This document shows, piece after piece, positions 1 through 12,879 of a stretch of DNA of 64,000 nt. The position numbers and the translations under genes were made by a program. The first letter of the stretch is position 1. The number at the start of each line of letters is the position of its first letter. The notes under the pieces are model-generated. The model saw only the letters and a program-made list of their open reading frames with translations, searched no databases and was not told where the DNA came from. Source of the stretch: Sphyrna mokarran (lineage: Eukaryota); assembly GCA_024679065.1 (NCBI GenBank), contig JAGIQG010000004.1, positions 54,250,001 through 54,314,000 on the forward strand. The letters are read 5' to 3'.

Positions 1-299
1 TTTCTATCTCTGAGTGTGTACAGGGTTTGCTCTCAGGTGGAAGGAACACTACTGCCTAACACTAGCTTGAACTCCACACATGAAGAGGAATCACCAACTA
101 TCTAAGCAAGGTGTTTGACGCGGCTGATTTCACCCAACTGGATAAGAAAAAATAGCGAGGTCTTACTGCCCTACCCACTGATCTTTTAGCATATTCCAAG
201 TATGGAATGTAAGATCTCGCCATTTTCCACATACAACATTTGACAACAAGGCTATCAGTTATTGTGTTTTTTGAAACAAGAAACACAAACACCTTGAGT

Positions 300-625
300 A
301 CCAAAATCAAAACTGATCGCTGAGTGTGTACTGTACAGTCGGAGCTGATGTCTTTAAAGATGAGATATTAAGCCGAGGTGGAAGAAATTGTTTAAAAGAG
401 CACGATTTAGAAGGGCAGGACATCAATCTCTGGTGTTCTGGCTAATATTTAACCTTCCGCCTAAATCAGGAAAGCAGATCCCTTGGCCATGATCATATAG
501 TTGTTTGTGGGCAAGTTGGCTGCCGTATTTCCTATATTGCAATAAAGACTACTCTTCAAACTACTTCATTGGCTGTAAAAGGTTTTCAGATTTTAAGCGA
601 TCATTAAAGGCAATGCATTTTTTTT
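300..625 (+). mobile_element. DeuSINE (SacSINE1/AmnSINE1-like) remnant
   Basis: Deu-domain-like gtttgtggg...ttggctgccgtatttcctatattgcaata...cttcaaactacttcattggctgtaaa. Confidence 0.7.
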
Positions 626-1360
626 TCATTTTGAATTTATTTTGAAACAAATAATTAGCTCCAAAACGAACTCTCCTTTAATTACTGGGATAATTTACCT
701 CTGTTGTATCTGTTAAAATCTTAAATGGTTTACTTTAAAGCATCTATAGAATTATTTGAAAATTGGAGCCGGCTAAGCTATTCGGTTCATCGAGCTGCTC
801 CACCTTTATTAGTAAAGATGATTTGATTGTGGCCTTATCTCCACTGTCCTACCACCCACCCATCACCCCACCACTCCAATCCGTCATAATTTTTGACTCC
901 CTCTTCATCAAAAATCTGTTTAACTGAGCCTTGAACATGTTCAATGACCAACCTCCGTGGTTTCTGTAGAAGAGCTACGAAGATCAAAGTCCCTTAAGTA
1001 TGAAATTCCTCTTTATTTCTGCCTCAAACAAGATACTTTTTAAACCGTTTCCCCTCTTTCTCCAGAACATAGATATCTTCCAAATATATTTACGTCTACG
1101 CCAACCAAGGCTAACCCGAGGAGTTGGTTGCCTTTGCGAGGCATTGTTAACTTGGAGATATATTCCATGGAGCTCTATACCGGCTATTATCCTCGGATAA
1201 TATTCCATTACTTTCAATTTGTAAACTGTGGCTCAAATATTCACCTTCAAAGAAGATTAATTTTCACTGCCTTTGGATTGATACAGAGTTATTTGTTGGC
1301 TTACACCAGTATTTTCTTTGCAAAACGATAATGCCTTCTGGTAATAATGGTGTATCTCAC

Positions 1361-1477
1361 CTTTGACAGTACCTCAGTTTAAAATAATTCCCAGCGATGA
1401 CCACGAGCACCATTATTATCAATAAAATAATGCTAAATGTCGAGGCAGCAACAAAAAAATTGTGACTTCAGCAGCAT
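1361..1477 (-). pseudogene. Gene A TM exon (frameshift in a T7 run)
   Basis: Acceptor ttttgcag, donor gtgaga. DAAEVTIF joins FVAASTFSIILLIIMVLVVIAGNYFKLRYCQ only if one T is added at the plus-strand A7 run (1453-1459). Confidence 0.75.
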
Positions 1478-1725
1478 CTGCAAAAGACTATCGAAAATGT
1501 AAGATTCAGGGGTATTAAGTTCAATTCAAACAGCAAAAAAACCCCAGAGACTGATGGGATCATGCAATCATGTAAATCTCTTTTTTTTAATTCAAAGTAA
1601 AATACCATCATGAAACAATTCACAGGTTGAACAATGAATCCTCGTGTAAAAGATGAATTGGTCAAATGTTAAAGTGTTTATCCACGTGTTTGTATCTTAG
1701 TCAAATGACAAATGGGATAACTTTC

Positions 1726-2016
1726 CTGAATTGGATGAATGAACAGTATCTTTCAAGTTATAATTGGAGTTTGAAGAGAAACATGAAACACTTAGTAGCT
1801 GTATTTCGCTCTGCTGCGTGTTGGCACCATATCTTTAAGAGTGCTGAAAACATTTCCACCGTGCTTCGCTCCCAGTTTCAATTTTCGCGTCGTCCTTATA
1901 CCAAGTCACATTGAGATTTCTGGGGTAAAACTTAGTTGTTTTACACAGTAGAGTCGGGGGAGTAGGTGGACGGATTTTGGACTCAACCAAGCTGATTGTC
2001 AAAGGAGTGGGCCGAA
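1726..2016 (-). pseudogene. Gene A decayed C1 exon
   Basis: Reads RPTPLTI...LLCKTTKFYPRNLNVTWYKD, then a deletion/frameshift, then YSY*VFHVSL (second Cys lost, in-frame stop). Acceptor is AA instead of AG and donor is GA instead of GT. Confidence 0.82.
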
Positions 2017-3613
2017 TTTGGGAGGAAAAAGAGCATTTTTTATTGATTGAAATGTTAATTTTTACATTATTTTTATTCAGAACACGAAATTAAGACCGGG
2101 CTATTTAATAGCATGTTTCATTGGAACGTTTTAAAATATTATTAAACGTGAAGCTAGAAATTACCTGGTGTCCTTAATGGAAACATTTTAAAAATTGGTA
2201 ATATAAATGGTCAGCGAGCTAAGGAATGCAGAAAGAAGCTATTGTGGCCATCGTTTCTATGTGAGCTCCATGAAAAATTTAGGCCCACTCCAGTGAACCT
2301 TCTTCTGACCAAAGTTTCCATTTTAAGTATTTATCCAACTTTCCCTTGAGAATTATTATGTACTCGCCTTGCTTCCAGCTAATAACTTTCAAATCATAGA
2401 ATCTGCCGCGCAATACAATTTCTCTTCTCCCCTTTATCCTTTTGGCAATTGGCTTAAATAAATCTGCGAATTCAGGTTAGCGAATTATGTTTGTCTGGCT
2501 TTCGAGTCAAGCTACTTTACAATGATGCAGGAATGCATTTAGCTCAATATTCTGGTTTCTGTTCTGCCACAATAATCCATTTAGCCCCATTGAGATATTT
2601 ATCCAGTTCCCTTTAGAACAGTCAATACATTCTGTTCGCATCAGTTTTCTAAAAATATACCCAACCTCGTACCAATTTTGCCCTCCCTTCAGCTATTTAG
2701 GCATTCCAGTCAGAACAGAAGAGGCTTATATTAGTTCTAATAATTAATTGCAATACTTTCATATACTCTATTCTTTTCCAGACATTTGATCTTCTTTGAC
2801 TCTCCAGAATTTTCGCTAGAAGAGCCGCACGGGCACAAGAGAAACCTCCAGGCCGAGGTTAGAGGAGTTGAGCAAGAGAATGCCTCCGTCTAAGTGATGA
2901 GAGGAACCGTAATAAACAGTGATATTTTAAGTCTGTTTGTAAAAGTCATTGTGCTTTTGAAATCATAACGTTGCTCCAAAAGCAACACTTTACTATCTCG
3001 AGAACAAACTTTCATGCCAATTCTCACTGAATTGTATTGACCTGTCTAACGCTTTTCCGCAGCGGAAATTCGCTACGGTTGATACTTCCTGCAAAATTGT
3101 GGGAACTTGTTCAACAAATATTTGAACAGAAACAACGAGAGGAAATATTTCATCCAAGCATCAGGCCACATCTAGCACGCATCGACTTTGTGTGCATCAA
3201 TACAAACAGAAAATGCTGGAAAATTTCAGCAAGTCTGATAGTATCTGTGGAGAGAGAATAGAGCCAACGTTAAGAGCTCTGATTTAATCTTCCACTGAAG
3301 TTGTAATCACCACTTCACTATCAACTGTTCGGCACCACTCCACAAAGTCAGGTTCTACACATTGCCACTGAGAGAAGAAAATCTTCTCTCCTGTGTTCTG
3401 GAGGGAAATAATATGATTGACCACATTGTGCGGAACACGTGTAGAACGCTTCTCCGTAAGTCGACGGTCTCACTCTTTGAGTATCTTGAGGTTGACGCTG
3501 GATACATAAAAGTGGACAGGTATTCCCTTCCCACACCCTTCTCCATTTCTTTGGTATTTTAGCAAATATTCATTGCACAACTGACACCGGCACCATTAGC
3601 ATCAGGAACTCAC

Positions 3614-3928
3614 CGAACATATGGAGCTCCGAGCCGGTTCCATTCCCAATCATTCTTCCCCCACAGTACACGGAGCAGTAATAGCAACCAGAATCTTTGA
3701 AGCTCGCATTCACAAGATGGAGGACGGCTCTCCCTTTTTTCGAAAGCTTAGATTGTCTGTTGCTCGATTCTTCATCGTCCGAAAACTCGTCCTCATCATA
3801 CCGCCACCAGTGAACCATGATGTCTGATTCCTCTTGGAAGAATGGGAGTGTGCAATAGAAAGTAATATTTGTTCTGCTGACAGCAATTTTAAGTGGCGGG
3901 ATTTGGGCGATTGTGGAATTCCCAACAA
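3614..3928 (-). CDS. Gene A V-set Ig exon (open frame, J-like GNGTGSELHM)
   Basis: Acceptor ctttctgatag, donor gtgagt, 315 nt, phase 1/1. Translation VGNSTIAQIPPLKIAVSRTNITFYCTLPFFQEESDIMVHWW...DSGCYYC...GNGTGSELHMF. Confidence 0.88.
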
Positions 3929-4200
3929 CTATCAGAAAGCCAATATAAGCACAAAAATAAACATCTCAATGTACAGATAAACAAATATAGAAACGAAATT
4001 AAAAAGAACAATAAAGAACCATAAATGGAGATAAATCAATTGATCAAAATCACTGTATAAATATTTGTTCTATCTACTAAATATTAAGGTACCTGTGTAA
4101 GCAATCCCAGGATCAGTATACATGGAAGCAAGTCAGACAATAGAAGGTGAATGAATGAATGCAATCAAGCAAAAGACACCAGGTAGTTCGGACTGAGTGA

Positions 4201-4265
4201 TTTTATAAAAGGCCAGAGGAGAAATCTGTCAGAAGCTGATGACATCACGTGCAGTGCTGTGGTTT
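4201..4265 (-). promoter_or_regulatory. Lymphocyte-type promoter module of gene A
   Basis: TATAAAA within 4201-4210, CRE-like TGATGTCA (4240-4247) overlapping E-box CACGTG (4246-4251), and a RUNX site TGTGGTT (4258-4264). Confidence 0.55.
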
Positions 4266-4619
4266 GAGTAAACCCATACATTTCTTCAGATCATTTTTTA
4301 TAAAGACACTTCTTGTGATAATGGCCGTGTAAATCGCGGAGTCTAATCTGAAACTCTAACCCTTAACTCCAACCACTCGCCCAACCCCTAATACTCATCG
4401 CGAACGCTAAGACACGAACACAAATTCTGTCAAACTAACGCTTAATCTTAAAACGCTACTAACTCTGCTAAACCAACATTCTAGATGGATTTTTTTTTAT
4501 ATCTGGAAGTGCATATTCTCTCATGTGGATTACTGGCTAGTGACTACGACAAAACAGCATTGTTGGCTTCCTGTTGCTGTTCAGGTACTAGGAATCTTTT
4601 TGCTCCACTTGTTTCATAC

Positions 4620-4910
4620 AGAATTAATACAAAAACATGGATATACTGCTAAGCCTTCATAAGATTTCAATCATATCACATTTGGAGCAATATTTAGGAG
4701 CAATTTTCAGCACGTATCTAAGGAAGGATGTGCAGGCCTGGAGAGGTTCCAGAGGAGATTTAAGAGAATGAAAAGCTTGACCAATGACGAACATTTGAGG
4801 ACTCTACCTCTGTATTCGATGGAATTTAGAAGGATGATGGGAGATCTCACTGAAACTTACCAAGTACTGAAAGGCCGGATAGGGTCGATGTGGAGAATAT
4901 GTGAATCCTT
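4620..4910 (+). mobile_element. Decayed CR1 3' fragment
   Basis: Similar to the reverse complement of 44560-44830. Confidence 0.7.
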
Positions 4911-5944
4911 TTAGAGAGAGTTTCTTTACTTAATTTTTATATCTTATTTGAGAGCGTATGGAGCTGAGTATTCGGGTTGGGAAAATATCTAGTGTAACAT
5001 AGGGTGCACTTCTAGGATTGGGGGTGAGGTGAATGGTTGAGAGGAAAACAATTATTTTGGAGCTTGATATTTTTTATTGATCACCTAGCATGGTTAATCC
5101 ACTTATCTTGCACATCTTTGGTATGGGGGAGGAAAGCAGCACCCGGAGAAAGCCCACAGAGACACAGGAAGAATTTACAAATGCAACCCAAGGCTGAAAT
5201 CGAATGAAGGTCACTGGTGATGTGAGGTAGCAGTTCTAACCAGTATGCTGCTGAATATGAGTCACTGTTCCGGGAATGCCTTGGATTAAAATTTTTCATC
5301 TTGCCAGATCTCATTCAACTCTATCTTCCCACCCATAAGCCTCTGAGATCTCTGTGCTTCTGCAATTCTGGCTTGATATTCAACTTTGGGGCACATATAA
5401 AATGTGTGATAGCATCAACGGTTGCCACACACCCGCTGATAAATCGGATGGGATATAATGTTGGTAGACATTCAGCTGCCACTTCTTTTACACCTAGTTA
5501 AAGATGGATTTCATCCATTTTGTGTCTTTCTTTAGCTATTATCATTTTAATATATATCCAGTGCATTGTTAAACCCAGTTGCTGTAGAATAGTGGACAAG
5601 AAAGTTCAGTAAAGTTCAAAATAACCTGCAAATTTCCTCAAGCTAATGAAACAGTTGTCAGGAGAAGTTTGCGGTTTTCCCTGGTTAACTCATTTGCAGA
5701 ATTGCGTATTCATTGGCATAGATTCATGACATAAATACAATTGTCTGCAACAGAAAGAAATTAGGAATGACAACTTTCATAAAAGGTATTTCAATCTACA
5801 TTCTTACTTTTTTGTCCTTCATGCTGGAAGTAAGGAGCAATGCATGGTGCAGTGACTGACTGTCAGACAACTTCACTAGCTTAAGCACCACACCAGCCTT
5901 TATGCCCCCTGGAGCAAATTGAGTTAAAGAGGCACAGACAGCTT

Positions 5945-7100
5945 TTAGAACATATAACATAGAAAAACTAGAGTGCAAATAGACCCTTCAGCCCACAAGT
6001 CACATCGATCATATCTTTACCTACTAGGCTTATCTATAACCCTCAATCCTATTCAGTCCCATGCACTCATCCAGAAGTCTCTAAAAAAGACTCTATCATA
6101 TTTGCCTCCACCACCACCAACGGCAGCAGATTCCACTCACTCACCACCCTCTGAATGAAAAGCTTGTCCCTGACATCTCCTCTGTACCTACTCTTCAGTA
6201 CCTTAAACCCATGTTCTCTTGTGGCAGTCATTTCAGCCTTGGGAAAAAGCCTCTGAGAATCCACCCAATCAATATATTTCAACATCTTATACACCTCTAT
6301 CAGGTCACTGCTCATCCTTTGTCTCTCCAAGGACAAAAGACCGAGTTCTCTCAATCTATCCCCATAAGTCATGCCACCCAATTCAGGTAACATCCTTGTA
6401 AATCTCTCTGTACCTTTTCAATGGCTTCCACATCCTTTTTGTAATGAGGCGACCAGAAGTGAGCACAGTACTCCAAGTGGGGTCTGACCAAGGTCTTATA
6501 AAGCTGCAGCATTATCTCCCGATTCCTAAACTCAATTCCTCGATTGATGAAGGCCAGTACACCAAACGCCTTCTTAATCATATCCTCTACCTGCGAAGCC
6601 AATTTGAGAGTCTTATGAACTTGCACCCCAAGATCCTTCTGATCTTCCACACTGCTAAGAGTCTTACCCCTAATATTATATTTCTTCATCCCATTTGACC
6701 TGCCAAAATGTACCAGCATACATAAATCCAGGTTGAAGTCCATCTGCCACTTCTCTGCCAGTCTTGCATCCTTTCTATGTCACGCTGCAAATTCTGATAT
6801 CCCTCCAAACTATTCACAACACCTCCAACTTTCATGTCATCGGCAAACTTACCAATCCATCCCTCCACTTCCTCATCCAGGTCATTTATAAACATCACAA
6901 ACAGCAAAGGTCCCAGAACAGATCCCTGGGGCACTCCACAGGTGACCGACCTCCATGCAGAAAAAGACCCATCTACAACCATTCCCTGCCTTCTGTGGGC
7001 AAACAAGTTTTGAATCCACAATGAACGTCCCCTTGGATCCCATGCCCCCTCACTTTCTCAGTAAGCCTTGCATGGGGGATCTTATCGATCACCTTGCTGA
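5945..7100 (-). mobile_element. CR1 LINE 3' fragment
   Basis: RT ORFs at 6067-7021 contain GVPQGSVLGP, FADD and RPHLEYC. Confidence 0.92.
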
Positions 7101-7152
7101 AGTGAACTAGAAAGGTGGACAGAAATATAATTTGTACCAATATTCATAATGC

Positions 7153-10100
7153 TGGGCAGAATTTCATGAGAATTTTTCTAAGTGTCCAGCTAGCTTGAAA
7201 ATGGGGCCATTCCTGAACCATTTTTGAGTACGTTTTCACACGCAATCTTATGCACTTGTTCTTTGACAAAGCAGGCTAGACCGTATCTAGCCACTAGAGG
7301 CAGTGGGCAGGGCATATTTTGCCAGCGCTCAGGTTGGAGCCACAAACTGTGCATGCACAGAAAAAAGCAAAAAAAAAAATACAGCTCTCCTGGCACAACA
7401 TCACCAGGCCAGCTACAATCTTTTCTTCCCATCATGGACATGAGAGACCAGGCCCCAATGTTACTGACCCCCTTACCTCTCCAATTCCTGTTGGACCTCC
7501 TTGCACATGATTCCTCATCACCCCATTCAGCCCCGATGGCTGATTGTCATGACCCTCTGTCTCCCTTACCCCGATCATCAAAGCCACAAATCCCACATCC
7601 CCCCCTCTCCTTCCCACCTCTATCAGCACGCTTGTAATTGCAGACTTGATTTTCCTGCCATGGTAACAAGGCAAACTGCATTAAGCTCACTGGAATGCTC
7701 CAACTGGTATAAGACTTTCCAAAACTGCCTGCAGCCAATCTGCCTTAAAAAGCGAAAAATCCATTCAAGATTTCCCAAGGATGAGCAGACAACGCAAGAA
7801 GAAATGGCTTCAGGAAGACAGCTCCCCATTTTTCTGAAGTAAATCTGGTCAGGTTGCTGGGGCAGTGGTGGCAAGATGGCATACCTTCTTTCTCCCCAGC
7901 ACGGCACTGTTCCAAAGGAAGGGAGTGGAAACACAGCCTTGGAAGTGATGGCAGCCTATGTTAGTGTGAGGGCACTGGCCGAGAGAACTGGGAAGCAATT
8001 CCACAAAAAGCTGAATGAACTAATCCAGGCGAAAGGATGGGTGTTTAACCTCATCTAACATATTCCTCCCAAAAATGACCCAAGATCACCCAGCATGCTT
8101 CCAGTTCCTGACTGTCCCCAAGCACATTCCTCCTCCCTTCCAAGAGTTTCACAACCCTTTTCCTATGAATGCAACCCCGCCCCCCCCCCACCCCGGTACC
8201 CTGGAGGACTCATGCCATCAGATTTTACATGTCTCCTTCTGACCTCTCAGAAGAAGGATGCCCATAATCGCCAGGAGAGGGTTATGTGCCCAAGATTCAG
8301 TCCTCACCCCCTTTGAGAAACAGGCACTGGAGCTTATGGGAAAGAAGAGGATGCAGGCCATTAATGACCCTTGCTGCCACCAACCCTCCAACACCTGGGT
8401 GGTGTTGTAATCCTCCTCTTGCTGCGTGGATTCCTGCCCAATGATGCCCAGCTGGTCGGCTTCCACACCTTCCACATCCAAAAGGTCTCCTTGTTGCTGT
8501 GCCAGGTTGTGTAGGGCACTGCAATGACCATAATGCAGAATGATATTAGGTGGGTTCTATTGAAGGGCGCCACCAGAGCAGTCCATGCACATGAACTGCA
8601 TTTTAAGGAGCACTGCTCCACGATTGAACAGGTGACAATGTAGGCCTCATTATATTGTGTTTCCTCATCAGTCTCAGGACTCTGCATTGGCATCAGCAAA
8701 GACCCAAGCGGGTATCCAAGTCCCCCATGAGCCACCCTTGCACCATGGATTTCTCCTCAAATACCTCTGGGACATCAGAACTTCTCAATATAAATCATAT
8801 ATAAACAATATAAATCATGGCATAAAACTGTCATGCATGCTGCCAGGGTGTCTGGCACAGACGTGCATGATATTCAGCTGATTGTCTCACACCAACTGTT
8901 CATTTCAATAATTCTATTCATGAATCTTCCTGGATTTCTCACCAGGACCTTGAGGACGATTAGGGTGCAGTCATCCCCCTGCACATTTGGCATCCTCACG
9001 ATGGCCACAGGCTCTGCAGGACCTAGTCAAATTTAATGTACTGGCCAGCTCGGGTATATAGGTCATCCATAATCTCCTTCACACACTTGTGGGTTGATGA
9101 TTGGGAAATGCCACAAAGGTCTCCACTGACAGTCTGAAAAGACCCCGTAGTGTAAATGTTTAAGGCCATTCACAATCACCAGGAGTGGGTGTTTTGAAAA
9201 ATAACAAAAATGTCGCATGTCTCAAAGCCTCAGCGGCACGTGATGTTCAATAGTTGCTCAAAGGGCACCTGAGTTGGAATTACTATGATCTCCATTCTCT
9301 CCTTCTCTTGCTCCTGCCCCCCTCCCAAGGACGAATGGCGGTCACTTCCTGCAGCTATCTTCCTCTACTGCAAGTGGTAAGGGATTCCTATGCCTGCAAT
9401 TTATCCTCGTGCTCCTTCTCAGCTCCAGCAACAACGAAAAGAACTGAAAGATCAATGGGTTCCGCTGCAAAAACTATCTCGATCTGAAGAGTGGAACAGG
9501 GACTGGGATTTGGGGAAGGGGAGAGGCAGATGGAGAGATTGAAGAACTCTGCTTGCCCCAGCCCAGCAACATGTACTCCCCGTACCCCCCATAGACCCCA
9601 AGCAACACAGGCTCTGCAGCGCCTCCGGAAAGCAATGTATCTCCTTCGCCGCTAGCCCTTCCCCCGCAACTACCCCACCATTCACAAATATACACCCAGA
9701 ACCCTAACGGTAGTGGTCACAGACAGTGCTGCTTGACATGTCCTGAGGTTGCAGCACAGTCACTTCGGAGAGTTTCCAGTCCATCCCTTACCTGCAAGTG
9801 TTTGCTGCTATTACCACTAGGATCTAGAGTCTGCGCTAAGACCCAAGGTCCATCCTGAGAAGTCGAAGTTGGAGCCCCCACACCACTGTCGGCCCTTCAA
9901 CCCAAAATGCAACATGGCTGCTTTGAAACAACTTCCCGAAGCACCACCAACTAGTTAAAAGCAGAGATTCACCCTCTGCTCAAGCACCTGAATGCGACTT
10001 TTATGCTTGGTGTTTGCCTGCCCGATCCAGCTGCAGCGAATGAGGTTGTAAAGACAGGTGAGTAGGAACGATTGGGCATGAAGCTCACTAAATATATCGT

Positions 10101-10288
10101 TATGAATACAAAAAAAAAATGCAAATTGAGATTTTAACTGTTTTGGCGGGGTCCTAATCGCGTCAATTTTTTCTTCTTGGAAAATTGGAATGGGCAGGGG
10201 AACAGGCACCATTCCCGTTTTTTGACATTTTCCTGTCTACAAAACTGGCATGATGAGAGGCATGATGATGTCGTATAATCCTGTCCAC
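7153..10288. mobile_element. Decayed autonomous-type PIF/Harbinger DNA transposon
   Basis: HARBI1-like DDE transposase remnants on - (ALNIYTTGSFQTVSGDLCGISQSSTHKC ~9060-9170; GYPL..LLMP...ETQYNEA...IVEQ ~8600-8730). Myb/SANT-like remnant on + (VSVRALAERTGKQFHKKLNELI ~7950-8030). Imperfect TIR-like ends TGGGCAGAATTT and TGGACAGGATTA. Confidence 0.82.
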
Positions 10289-10479
10289 TGAATCAGAATC
10301 TTTCACTGTGGCTGTCCACTCATGCAAACATTAATTAATTTCACAGTTTCAAGTTTCGTCTAGTTTGCCTGGCTATACATTATCTTAAATGCTATTCATT
10401 TGTAACATCTTCCAGCAGCAATGAAAACCATCAAATCACCATTAACACTATTTTTCTCTTTCCACAACTCTTCCGGTAC

Positions 10480-12620
10480 TGAAGAAATTTGTGTCTGCAA
10501 TTGGGAAGATTTGAACGACATCCAGGTTTAGGCTTTTGGCAAGTAGCTATACAAGTGCCAAGCATTGGGCATAAAAGGAGCAATGAAGTGGCTTAAACTT
10601 AAATAAAAGCAATTATATAGGTATGAAGATGAAGTCATGAGGGAACTATTTTAAAAGTTAAGCTTGTGGGCAAGCAAAGCAACATTTAAGTAGATATTTC
10701 ATAATTTTAACAAAATATGTATTCCTTTGCGGAATGATGAGTCCCAGAGAAGTGTAATCATTCCCTGTGCAACAAAGTAAGTTAATGATGGTATTAAATT
10801 GAAGCAAAAAGCATGCTATTCTGCAAGAATTAGTGGTGGTATTTGTGAAAATTGTAGAGAACAGCAATGGAAAAATCAAAAAGGAGAAATTAAAATATGA
10901 TGGCAAATTAGCAAGAAATCTAAGAATTGGCAGTAAAAGATTCTACATGAAAGGGAAGAGAAGCTAAAGTAAATTTTGGTCCCTTACATGGTAATATGGC
11001 AAAACTACTAACTGGAAAAAGGAAGTGGCAGTAACTTTGAACAAGTAACTTGTATCTGTCTTCATAGTAGATGACATGAAAAACTTCCAAAGAATATCTA
11101 AAAATCAAGAGGCAGAAAGGAAAGGAAAAAAAATCAATGCAATCATTATCACCAGCGAAAAAATACATGATAAACTAATGAGAATAAATTATGCCAAGAC
11201 TCAATTTGATTGCTTGCATTGCTAATATTCTAAATGAAGCAGCTGTAGTTAATAGCTGAAGCATTATTCAGAACCTTCCAAAATTCATTAGATTCTACAG
11301 AAACCAAGTGGATAAGATGGCATAGTAGGACAATGGTTAGCATTGCTGCCTTACAGCACTAGGGACCCAGGTTCAATTCTGGCCTCGAGTGACTCTGTGT
11401 GGAGTTAACACATTCTACCTGTCTGCGTGGGTTTCCTCTGGGTACCCTGGTTTCTTCTCATAGTCCAAATATAGGCAGCGTAGTTTGATCAGCCATGCTA
11501 AATTGACCCTTATTGAGAAGGTAAATAAATGGAGTTATCGGGATAGGGTATGGGTGAAACTGTTGTCAGTGCAGGCATAATGGATTGAAAGGCTTCCTTC
11601 TGAACAGTGGGGATTCTATGATATTCAAAAAAGAAGAGAGATGGAGAGCAGAAAAAAATGAACAAATTGGCTGTGCACTTGCCATTGGAATAATGCTGGA
11701 ATGCATCAATAAAGAAGTAGTAGTACAGCATTCATAACTCATGGTACAACCAAGCAAAGACAACATTATTTGTTAGAAGAAAATAATGTTTGACAAACTT
11801 TGAGATGTAACAAGCAGGTCGGATAAATGGGAACTAATTGATGGAGTGTATTTGGAATTTCAAAAGGGATTCAATAAGTTGACACATCAAAATTTACTGT
11901 ACAAGATGGCAGCTCAAAGTCGTGATGTTAATTACTTAAAATAATAGAGGATTGTCTAACTAATAGGAAATAGAAATTATGAATAAATCAGAAATATTTA
12001 GGCTGGAAGTGAACTAACTGAATGCCAAAAAGATTGTTGCTAAGGACTCAAATATTTGCTCTCTGTGTTAACTAAATGGATGAAAGAACAGAGTATATTG
12101 CTGCTAATTTTGCTGATAACATAAAGATAGATAGAAAAGCAATTGTGAATAGGGCATGAAAAGAGTCTGCAAAATTGTACGATAGTTTAGATGAGTGGGC
12201 TAAAAATTGGAAGATACAATATAATATGAGAAAATATGAGGCTATCCACTTCGGTAGAAAGAATAGAAAAACAGGATATTATTTACATGGACAGAAATTA
12301 CAGAGCACTGAGGGATCTGGGTAATATATGTGAATTACAAAATATTAATATGAAGTTAGATCAAGTGCTTAGGAATGTTTGGAATATTGCCCTTTATTGC
12401 AAGGGTTGGAGAAATATGCAGCGATGACTACAAATGAAATGACATTTCTGAGATAACACTAGAAGACACCATATAATTTTGGCCTTTTTATTTAGAGAGG
12501 ATATTCTTGCACTGGGCAGGTTGGAGAAGGTGCACTAGGTTGATTCCAGGGTTGAAAGGTTCAACTTAGAAGTTTGAGCCAGTTAAAGTGATTAATTCAA
12601 AACATGCAGTCTCGTTTCTT
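10480..12620 (+). mobile_element. Highly decayed CR1 LINE
   Basis: Degenerate ORF2 motifs (tttcaaaagggattcaataag = FQKxFxK; ttttgctgataac = FADN), interrupted by a SINE at 11316-11620. Confidence 0.7.
11316..11620 (+). mobile_element. HE1-type tRNA-derived V-SINE
   Basis: A/B-box-like head (tggttagcattgctgcc...ggttcaattc) and V domain gtgtggagtt..cacattct...gggtttcctctggg. Confidence 0.85.
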
Positions 12621-12879
12621 AGGCATTGAATTAATGATTGTTAAAGTTATATTTTAAATTATTTTTGTATCTAATTTCTATTTCCTTTTCTAATTTGCTA
12701 ATACTAATTCTGCATCTTTTTCAGCCCTTCATTTATTTCTCAATCTCTAAATGTCATTGGTTCACACGCACCTTGCCCTGTTATGAACCAAAGCTTCAGA
12801 AGCCCAATTGCCTTTGTTCTGTTTTCAGTTCATGTCTGTAGCAAAATACAAGGCAAAACTATTCAGCCATTACCAATTA

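Larger units (their letters stand above)
1241..4160 (-). pseudogene. Gene A: paralogous leader-V-C1-TM IgSF gene, probable pseudogene with intact V exon
   Basis: Leader-like exon ends at 4093, but its hydrophobic frame is one base out of phase and has no ATG. V exon 3928-3614 is intact. C1 exon 2016-1726 is broken. TM exon 1477-1361 has a 1-nt frameshift. The last exon starts at 1244 (G TGA). Confidence 0.8.

Noticed and set aside
11316-11400. tRNA-like A/B boxes
   Set aside because: These are heads of HE1-type SINEs, not tRNA genes.
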